Assembly: GCA_004431415.1 (NCBI GenBank)
Contig: QPMI01000435.1
Span: 265,196 to 329,195 of the forward strand
DNA: 64,000 nucleotides
From: Cyanophora paradoxa CCMP329
Taxonomy: Eukaryota > Plantae > Glaucophyta
Direction of reading: 5' to 3'
Shown here in pieces: positions 55,501 to 64,000 of the stretch. The translations under genes and the position numbers were made by a program. How positions within the stretch are numbered: position 1 is the first letter of the stretch; each line of letters begins with the position of its first letter. The notes under the pieces are model-generated. The model ran no database searches, was not told the DNA's origin, and saw only the letters and a program-made list of their open reading frames with translations.

Positions 55501-57593
55501 GGCGGCCCGGGGTGGCCAAGGAGGCCCTCAGCGCCGAGACGCTCTTCTCGGCGGCGGGTACGGCGAACAACGACGGCATGTCTTTCGGGGCAGCCGATTT
55601 ATTTCAGGGGGCGGGCATCGACTTGGTGGGCGCCGGGCTCGGGGGTACGGGCTCGCGGGCCATGCGGCGGGCGGGCGCGGCGGCGGCGGGCCTTGGGCTG
55701 GCGACGGCCGGCGGCCTGCTCTCGGCCTACCAGGCGCTCTCGCAGGGCAAGATAGGGGAGGCCGAGTTCTTCGATACGTTCCGCGATCAGATGATCATGA
55801 CGGTCGGCTCTTTTGGCCTTCAGACGGGCATGTCGTCCGCCCTGAGCGCCCTCACGAAAATGAGGATCGGCACGGTGGGCGGACTTGGCCTGTCCATCCT
55901 CGCGGGCGCCATCGCGCAGGTGATCGTGGATATCATCAACGGGCGCAGCGCGGAAGAAATCGTGAAGAACTTTTTCAAGTACCCCGTCGACTGGGCGACC
56001 GACACCATACAGTTCATCGCGGAGCTCTCGCAACAGATCTACGACTGGGGCGTCGAGACGTGGGGCGACGAGGCGAGCCAGCTGCGCAACCGAATTAATC
56101 GGCTGGAGGGCGAGCTGGGCTCCGGATTTTTGGGTGTGTACGACCCTCGGAGGCGCGCGAAATGGCCTCGCTCTTGGCCCAGGAGCTGCGGTTAAACGAA
56201 ATCAAGGAGCCGAAGGAGCTGCAGGCCTTCATTCGCGCGCTCGACAACAGCATCAACGATTACCGTACCCCAAGGACCAGAAGACCCTGCTCGAAATCGA
56301 TCGCGCGACCGTGCTCTTCCTCTCCCAGCTCACCGTTAAAATGCAGGAGGGCTTCGGGTCGACTTCGCTCGCCCTGAGTCGACTTATGCGCGACCTGAAG
56401 CAGATGATAAAGGAGGAGACCAAGGGGCGGAAGCGCGTCTTAATTGCCGTCTACCAGGAGGGCCTCAACAGGATCAATCACATCGAAGCCCTAAGGCGCG
56501 AATTCGGCTCGGCCATCCGTCACTCGGGCGTCTCGTCGAACGGAGGGGCGCAGGTGGCCCGCCTGGCGGACGCCAACTCGCGCCTCGAGATTCCCGGGAC
56601 CTTCCGCATGCAGGATTGGTGGGAGGCCGAGGCCTTCAGGAATTACGGGGCCTTCATAGACAACGGGATCAATTCGCAGAGCCCCAAGGCAAACTGGCTG
56701 GTACCCAAGGCCTACGTCGATAAATTGGTTGACAGGCCTGCAGCACCATACACCAAGAAGATCGCCAAAGGCATCGAGTACTGGGCGCCCGAGCCAGGCC
56801 AGCCCGTGTTTGCATCGCAGAACTACGAGTGGCACATGGCGCCGGGGGCGAGCCAGGCCGTGAGCACCGTGGGCGTTGCCGTGCCGCAGCTGGCGACGGT
56901 GGCACACACGGGGGCGTATGCAGATCTCAGCGGGAGGCCGACGATACCCGTGATACCAACAACGTGGGCGTGGGATAGCATCACGGGGAAGCCGAGTACG
57001 TATCCCCACGCAGACCACCAGCACACCATCTCTCAGATCAGCGACTGGACGGCCCCGGACTTGACGAACATCTCCGTGGATTGGGACAACGTAACGGGCA
57101 AGCCACTTACCTTCCCCCCCTCTACACACAGTCACAATGTGTACTGGGATAATGTCATCGACCGACCCACTTCCTTCCCACCCTCTACGCACAGTCACAC
57201 AGAGTACTCGCTCACCAGCCACGGGCACAGAAACGTGAACATGGATGCGTACATAACGCACGGCACGTCCTTCCACTCCTACGCTGCGTACACGGAGTTT
57301 AACATCAATTCAACATACACGGTGACGTTCAACATTACATTCGGACAGGCGTACGACACTGGAGGCGGACTGGGGACCCCAGCAAACCCAACGCCGGTTA
57401 TTAACGTAACCCCTCGTTCGACATCAATCCCGGCGGCAGCACGGATGTCGATTTCTACGGGGCCAACGTCACGGCGGTGAGTCACACTGGCTTTACAGTT
57501 AAAGTGAGATTCCAACCCAGAATGACGGTCACGCCCACCCAAATTGTCCAGCTTTTTATTCATTGGACCGCGATCGGCAAGCTGCTTATGTAA
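52501..57593 (+). CDS. Very large structural protein (about 1700 aa if joined): His-repeat, Gly linker, long coiled coil, hydrophobic segments, C-terminal tail-fibre repeats
   Basis: Overlapping ORFs 52501, 52848, 54653, 55024, 55218, 56134; HxH..DITDW, TGAYADLSGRPTIP and W..ITGKP.TFPPSTHSH fibre repeats; could be more than one gene. Confidence 0.6.
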
Positions 57594-57617
57594 TCGATTT
57601 TCTGATGCAATCCAAAA

Positions 57618-58681
57618 ATGTCGGTCGCTGTCCCTCTATTTACCTATGCTGCCAGCGTGAATCACAAGGGCGATCACACGATTAAGGAGACCACCCTCGG
57701 AAACCAGGCCACCGAGGCCCCTACAACGCCACGGCCGTCCCTTTTCCGAGGCCGACCTCGTCCGCGTCGGCGAGCTGCGCTGCGACAAGATGCGCACGCG
57801 GGAGGGCGGGTCGGCCGTGCCGGGGCGCGTGAGGACGCAGAGGCTCACCGTCACGAACGGGGCCTGGGACGGGAGCGGGTACACCACGAATCAGGTGACC
57901 TTTAATGGGACTGTGAACGGGGAGGGGAATGCGGCTCTGTATGTGCAAGGAGGCGGAGCAAACGTGGTGGGGGGCTTAGGGTGAGCGGGGCTTCAAACTT
58001 GGCGGGCATCGTTACATTGGACGATAAGCTGCAAATTACCGGAACGTCACCGTACATAAATGGCGGTGGTTCAGGCGTAGCTATAAAGTACAACGAAAAC
58101 GATAGACTCCTCTGTGGGACTCTTGGCGTTGGTGTTACAGGTACTCTATTTACCTCGGCAATCGAAGGCCCTACTAATGGCCTAAGCATAGCAAACACTT
58201 CAATCGTTGATAGCGGAAGCGTCAGCGTCAGCTCTGGTCTATCCTTGAGAAACAACGGCACCGAACGACTGCTGTGCGGAACCGTCGGCGTTGGCATCAC
58301 GGGTCGGCTCATCGTCTCGACGCTCACGGGCGATGGAAACCGAGCCGTTTATTCGGATGCTCAAGGATACCTGACAAACTCGTCGAGCGATAGCCGCCTG
58401 AAAGAAAATGTCGCGAGCATGTCGGGCATTCTCCCTCTTCTGCTGCAGCTGAATCCCGTGTCGTTCACCTGGAAGAACACATCCTCGGGGGTTCGAAAAC
58501 GGATTACGGTCTCATCGCACAGGAAGTCCAAGGCGTCTTCCCGAGTCTCGTTTTCGAGAACGCGGATGGATTTCTCGGGGTAAACTACGACAGGCTCATT
58601 TCCCTGTCGTTGAAGGCAATTCAGGAACTTTCACAAGAAGTTCAAACTCTCAAAGACCAGGTAGCGGCACTGGCGAGCTGA
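57618..58681 (+). CDS. Fibre protein with C-terminal peptidase S74 intramolecular chaperone domain (frameshifts)
   Basis: SSDSRLKENV..L.QLNPVSFTWK, then in shifted frame YGLIAQEV..VFP.LV..GVNYDRL..LKAIQEL. Confidence 0.85.
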
Positions 58682-58701
58682 TCTGGAACAACTAGGAATA
58701 A

Positions 58702-60837
58702 CTACACCGCGAGTATCACAATTCGACCGTTGCCACCGTCGCTGAAAGACGAGCCACCGTTGCCGCCCCTACCAATGCCTGCTGCGTAGTGAGCGTCTCC
58801 GCTATTTCCTGCCACCTGGCCGGACCCAGGATACACCGTAGCATCCGTCAAGTTTCCTATGTAGCTCGAGCCACCGCCACCTCCAAACATTCTTGCTATT
58901 GGGTTCTCTGACACTCCGCTCCTGCTGGACCCAGAGCCTCCACCGAAGTAACCACCACCACCACCACCACCGAACCTGTAGCCGCTTGAATCAGGCCCAG
59001 TCTCTCCACCTTGGCGCAAAGTTCCCGGGTTGCTGGGCCTGGCCCCTGAGGCCACAACACCGGCTCCGCCAGCGGTTTGGGTGCCTCCTTGAGCCGGTAT
59101 CTCTCCGGTTACTCCAACCAACCCAGCCGCACCACCGGTCAACCCCCGCCTACTCCCCCGCCGCCATTCGAATCACATGTACCCCACCTCCGGCCCCTGC
59201 AACAACCAAGTCGGTCCCTGCAACGCGCTGAATTGCAGAACGACCACCACCGGCGCCGTTTTTGTACTCCGGATCGACGCTATGGCTCCAGCCCCTTCCA
59301 CCACCTCCGTAGACGGTAGCAGTGGCAGTCCCCGATACACCCTTTGGGCCGCCGCATCCAACAACAAGGATGAGCGTCTCCCCGAGGACACAGCCAATGT
59401 ACCAACTACGCAAGCACCCGCGCCTCCACGGACCCCCGTACCTGCGCGTTCTCCGCCTCCACCCCCGGCCGCCCATACGATGACACGCACAGCCACAGTC
59501 CCCGTTGGTACTACGAAAGTCTGGTCGGCCCCGGTGTAGGAGAATGTACCCAAAACAGGAGCGTTTGCAGTTGTTGCACTGGCAGACGAGGACTGAGGGC
59601 CTTCCTCGCCGATCTGGTTGACGCCCTTGATGGTGTAAGTGTAAGTGGTTCCGTAAACGGTCGTTGTGTCCGAAAAGGGGCTGCTCGTGTCGCTGGCAAG
59701 GAACACGCCACCCTGTAGATGTTGTAGGAGACGGTGACGCCCGTCACCGGCACCGACCACTCGAGCACAACAGGCTGTGCTGCCCCCGCCGCGGGGGTTG
59801 CAGTGAGCCCAGTGGGCGCCCCCGGGTCCGTGGTGACGTACGCCGCAATACTCTTCGGCCCCTCCCCTCCCGTGTTCGTCGCGGAGATCTGGTACTCGTA
59901 CCCTGTACCCCAGACGGTGGTCGTGTCGCTGTAGGAGTTGGTCGCGGAGTCTGTGAGGTAGGCCCCGTCTCTGTAAATCTTGTATCCCGTCGCTCCCGTG
60001 GACGCAGTCCAGCTGAGGCTGACAGGCTGCTGCTGGTCGTTGGGTGCTGATGCCGTCACGTTCGTGGGGGCGTTTGGCATAGTCCAGACCAGGAGCGGAT
60101 CGGACTTGTCGTATTCGACACCGCCCACGATGCCGGCCACCTGGTAAGAGTATTCCGTGCCCCACGTAAGAGCAGTGCTATCGTCAATGTACGAGGTAGA
60201 CAGGGCACTGCTCGCAAATCCGATTGGCGTACCGTTCCTGTAAATTCGAATCGAGTCCGCGCCCTCCATGGCCACCCAGTTGATTGTGACGACTATGGCG
60301 GGTTTCGGGAAGCCCGAAGACGCGGGGCCGCCCCCGGCAATAAAATCGCCGTAGGTCTGGGCCGTGGCGGTCGTGAGCGTGGTGTAGGCTTCGATCTGCG
60401 GGCTGAAGCCGCCTATGCCTTGGAAGAGAATGTAATTGCTCATGGCACCCTCGTGGGTGTAGAGAAGCGACTGTGCGTAGGTTGTGGGCGGGGCTTTGCC
60501 ATCAGAGCCCGTGCTGCTGCTGCCCTGTTCGCGAACCGCCGCCACGCGGTAGAGTCGCTGGCCCCCAAACTAAAGGGAGAGTCCGTGTAGGTGACGGTTG
60601 GCGCATTCACCGTGGCCACGAGATCCCAGGGGCCGTTGATGCTGGTCGCCCTGTACACCTTGTACTTGACGGCGTTGGTGACCGCGACCCAGTTCAGCTG
60701 AAAGCCGTACGTACTGTTCCGTTGTTGAGCACGGAGCCCGATCGCACCTGGGGCCTGCCCACAGTCAGCGAGATCGGCTCCACGCCATACTGCGGAGCCT
60801 GCACCACCTGCTTTTTCACGAATACGAAGCGGGGCAT
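58702..60837 (-). CDS. Fibronectin type III repeat protein with C-terminal glycine-rich domain (frameshifts)
   Basis: LSWTASTGATGYKIYRDG, YEYQISATN..GEG FN3 repeats; FSYTGADQTFVVP..WAAGGGGG..GGGRSAI..GGGGGSSY..GGNGRIVI. Confidence 0.82.
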
Positions 60838-60875
60838 TTTCCTCTACGATCCGAAAAAATATCTGCCCGGGGTAA

Positions 60876-61555
60876 ATGACTTCCAACTGGTACCAGACCC
60901 TCAGCGGCTCACTTGACGTTGGCAACAACACCAAGGATTTCGCACGCATACCCTCCGGCAGTTACGTCGACGTCTTTCTGCAGAATCCCGTCGTGATTCA
61001 GGTCGTTCAGAACGCCTACGCCACGCCCAAGATTTATTCCTACCAGCTCTTCTTCGACCCTCTGAGCCTCAGCGCAGAGGTTATCGAGCTGCTGCACGAA
61101 TCAGGACTCGTGAAAAAGGTGGCACCTGCCACGGCCACTGCCAACGTCTTGCGCTGTCTCGAGGTCAAGTTCAGGGAGACGGGGTACGGCCCCACCGTGA
61201 ACCGGTACCCCAGTTCTTCGAATCTTCCGGGTACGGGAACTTACCAGATGAGGGGTACGCTCAAGGGCGACGTGCTCTTCACGAAATTCAATCCAAGTCC
61301 CGCGACCCTGGGGGCCCTCTACACGGGCGGCAACCCACGCGGCTCGACTCTACCCGCTTCCCCTTCACCTTTTTCAGGTTCCAGGTCTTCCCCCTCTCCT
61401 ACGCCGCCGACCAGCCCCACTTCAGCACGGGCGCCAGCCTCTGCGCGGAGCTGCGTGAGTGCTCGATTTCCTACGCGTACGGCACCGACGCTGACTCTGT
61501 GCCTGGGGCCCGCGTCATGAACATCGGTGGCGACATCACCCTCTTTCACGGATAA
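60876..61555 (+). CDS. Beta-rich hypothetical structural protein, paralog 1 (frameshift)
   Basis: VFLQNPVVIQV and LRCLEVKF blocks shared with the next gene. Confidence 0.55.
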
Positions 61556-61578
61556 TCTTTCTCATTTGAGGTCGCAAA

Positions 61579-62389
61579 ATGCCGACCACCTCGGCCACCA
61601 TCGTGAAGACCGTGTCTGCCGGCTCGATCGTCCCCGATTTCTACGGCAACGCTGGGAACGTGGCCAACGCAGGGACGGACAAGGTGGAGTGGGACGGAAA
61701 CTACGCCACCCCGCTCACCGTGAGGGTCCAGAATCCCGTCATGTTGCGCGTCACCTCCAACGATTTCGAGAATCCCGCCTCCTGCTCCGTGTACGTGTAC
61801 TTGACATCGACTCGGGCGTGAGCGCGGATGAGGCGGAGGCGCTCTGGCTCTCGGGCCTCCTGAAAAAGATAGAGCCCTCTGTGCCTGATCGGCCCGCCAT
61901 TCGCGTGCTCGAACTCAAGTTCACCGCTAACACCGCCCTCACTCGCAAATTCGGGAATGGTGCGAATCCGAACATCAAAACGCATTTAGATGGCGCCCTC
62001 ATCGATGCCACACACAAGACCACGCAGGCCGTTCCCTTTGAGATGTACAACCTCTGGAAGATGACCGCAAAGGAGATGATGACGAATGCCACCACGGGCG
62101 GCGCCTCGGGTACCGATTATTCATACGGCGCCTCGAATCCCGTACCCAGGTCTGGCCCCGGCTCCTCTTCACGAAATTCACTTTCAAATTGTACAACAAC
62201 ATCGCCGGAATGCCTACCTCTGGAATGGTCGTGGGCTCTACCCTCATGGCCGAACTAATTGAGGCAGAGGCGGACTACACGACTGCGACTACCAACTCGA
62301 CAGCGCCAGGCGCCGGAGCCGAAGTTTACGTGGCCTGGGAAACGGTTGGTCGCGAGTACGACACCAAGATTCACACCACTAGCGTCTAG
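61579..62389 (+). CDS. Beta-rich hypothetical structural protein, paralog 2 (frameshifts)
   Basis: VRVQNPVMLRV and IRVLELKF blocks; overlapping ORFs 61579-61821, 61527-62258, 62189-62389. Confidence 0.55.
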
Positions 62390-62394
62390 ACTGG

Positions 62395-62739
62395 CTAAGC
62401 TGCATTAGCGCCTGTGCCGCCTCCATCATCTCCCGAATCTCCTCGCTCTTCTCCTGTAAATTGGCGTACCCCTCCTCTTCTTGCGAATATCCGACATTGA
62501 TGCCAGCGCAGGTTCTCCTCCTGTAGTCCAGCGGGTTGCCGTTGATGTGTTCCACGTAGCGTCCACGTGGCGACTTCCCGAGGATCAGTTGGAGAGGTAG
62601 TGCTTGCGCCCTCCAACGTCTTGCTCACCCTGTCCCTGTCCACTCTCCAGGGAAACTCCAAGGCACTCGGGGGTACGTCCGAGTTGACCAGGACGTTGTA
62701 GGCGACGTCTTGCGAGTCGGTGCACCGGAGCAGGGCCAT
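62395..62739 (-). CDS. Hypothetical protein, 114 aa
   Basis: Intact ORF; upstream TTTTTCTGA. Confidence 0.55.
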   Translation of the reverse strand: MALLRCTDSQDVAYNVLVNSDVPPSALEFPWRVDRDRVSKTLEGASTTSPTDPREVATWTLRGTHQRQPAGLQEENLRWHQCRIFARRGGVRQFTGEERGDSGDDGGGTGANAA

Positions 62740-62760
62740 TTTGCCCTAGGTTCAGAAAAA

Positions 62761-63273
62761 CCTGGGACTTGGGACTTGGACTTGGGACTTGGGACTTGGG
62801 AAGAGTTGAAACCCAGGTCCCGGCCAGACTTTCTCCAGGATCAGAAATTTGTCAGACAAGTCAGGTGAGTTTTTCTACCGACTTTTTTACTCCTACCACC
62901 CCTCGTACTCTTTTTTACTCGTAGTCTTTTTACTCGTATCCCATCTCGTACCCTCTTCTCTCGACATCTCGCACGAATACTCCTACCCTCTTCACATCTT
63001 TTTCGGTTGCATACTCTCGTGAGCTTTCATGTCCAGTATCATGCTACAAGTCGTACACCAGTTCAGACTCTACCTCGCTTGAAATCTCACCTGGAATGTC
63101 ACCAGAAACGTCGTATCCAAATTTCCGTACCCTTTCTAAGTCTGCCCGGTGGTTAGGGACTTGGCACGGCAAACTCTCAGATCCAGAGAAAGTCTGGGCC
63201 CAGACCCTGAGTCTAACTCTTCCCAGTCCCAAGTCCCAAGTCCAAGTCCCAAGTCCCAAGTCCCAAGTCCAGG
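62761..63273. repeat. Imperfect ~95-bp inverted repeat pair with GGGACTT heptamer arrays
   Basis: 62761-62853 versus reverse complement of 63168-63273. Confidence 0.9.
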
Positions 63274-63342
63274 ATCGCGCCAAGTCATAACTGAATAGTC
63301 GCCAATTTTACAAGTATGTACAATGGAATGACGCAATACTAT

Positions 63343-64000
63343 TTACAGCATCTCAAAGTCAGAATCATCGTCATCGGAAACCAAGTCAATCGGGCCTCGG
63401 GCGCGGACTTAAGGGAATGCGGGGAAGGGCCTGCGCTGCTGCACTAAGTCCTGCCGCTCCTGCTCGCGCTGCGCCGCAAGGCCGCTGCCGCCTCTGCCTC
63501 GCGCCGCTGCTGAGCCTCGACGCGCGCCCTAAGTTCCGCTGCCTCCTTCTTCTGCGCTCGGCAATCTGGCCGCGTCACTCGCGACGAAGAAGGCGCTCGT
63601 GACGCAACTTGCGCCGGAGTTCGGCCATTTCGCGCTTGCGATGATGCGCTTCTCATGGTCTTGACGTCTGAGTCAGGCGCTTGCTGAGTGTGACGTCACG
63701 CGAGAACGGGCAATGCCGCGCCGAGCTTCAAGTCTTTTCGTGTTCCTTGGCGGGATTCTTGACTCGCTCGGAGTTGTCGGTGAATGACGTGGTCTCCATG
63801 AACTTCTTCTTGACGATTGACTTGGTCTGATAATGCGGCGCTTGCGAGTCGGGTTTTCGTTGTCGCCTTCAGAGTCGAAGAGGACTCAGAGTCGTATGGA
63901 ATCGGCACGTCAAAGTCGATAAAGTCGTTGATGTCAGACTCGGCGTCAGAGGCCTCGGACTCGGCGTCATCGACTGGCTCGGGAGCGGGCTCGGCGACGG
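63343..64000 (-). CDS. 3' part of an acidic/coiled-coil protein gene running off the window (frameshifted; viral or host unclear)
   Basis: Acidic stretch, KKEAAELRARVEAQQRREAEA, ends PIDLVSDDDDSDFEML-stop. Confidence 0.4.

Larger units (their letters stand above)
22300..64000. mobile_element. Endogenous mriyavirus-like dsDNA virus (boundaries approximate; right end may lie outside window)
   Basis: Dense intronless ORFs including DJR MCP, A32 ATPase, VLTF3, RuvC, SSB-like, YqaJ, OBP-like helicase and two HUH endonucleases; adjacent to intron-containing host DNA; no PolB or RNAP seen. Confidence 0.85.

Noticed and set aside
22300-63300. Polinton, PLV or virophage identity
   Set aside because: No pPolB, maturation protease or integrase in the element; the MCP is NCLDV-type and VLTF3, RuvC and two HUH genes are present
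22300-63300. Fragment of a giant endogenous viral element
   Set aside because: No RNAP, PolB or capping enzyme; the compact, self-contained gene set fits a small genome, although the right end is not seen

Overview
This is GC-rich eukaryotic genomic DNA in two parts. The first part (1 to about 22.2 kb) is host sequence: the 3' end of an AT-rich element encoding a retroviral-type integrase, a spliced LamG/concanavalin-like host gene with a 4.7-kb repeat-filled intron, MITE-like elements, palindrome-rich filler, and an 11.4-kb non-coding Foldback-type element with multi-kb satellite-containing inverted arms and a 10-bp target-site duplication. The second part (about 22.3 kb to at least 63.3 kb, possibly past the window edge) is a gene-dense, intronless endogenous dsDNA virus. 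It encodes an NCLDV-type double jelly-roll major capsid protein, an A32 packaging ATPase, VLTF3, a RuvC/A22 resolvase, a putative ssDNA-binding protein, a YqaJ nuclease, an OBP/UL9-like SF2 helicase, two adjacent HUH endonucleases and phage-like fibre proteins, with no DNA polymerase, RNA polymerase or integrase visible. This gene set best fits a mriyavirus (Yaravirus/Gamadvirus-like small relative of giant viruses). The provirus carries notable cis-elements: seven copies of a roughly 50-bp AT-loop hairpin arrayed beside and bracketing the helicase gene, two separate inverted-repeat loci, and two candidate promoter motifs. Many viral genes are frameshifted; the cases checked are single-base losses in homopolymer runs, suggesting long-read error rather than decay. 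All family calls come from motif recognition by eye, not database searches.
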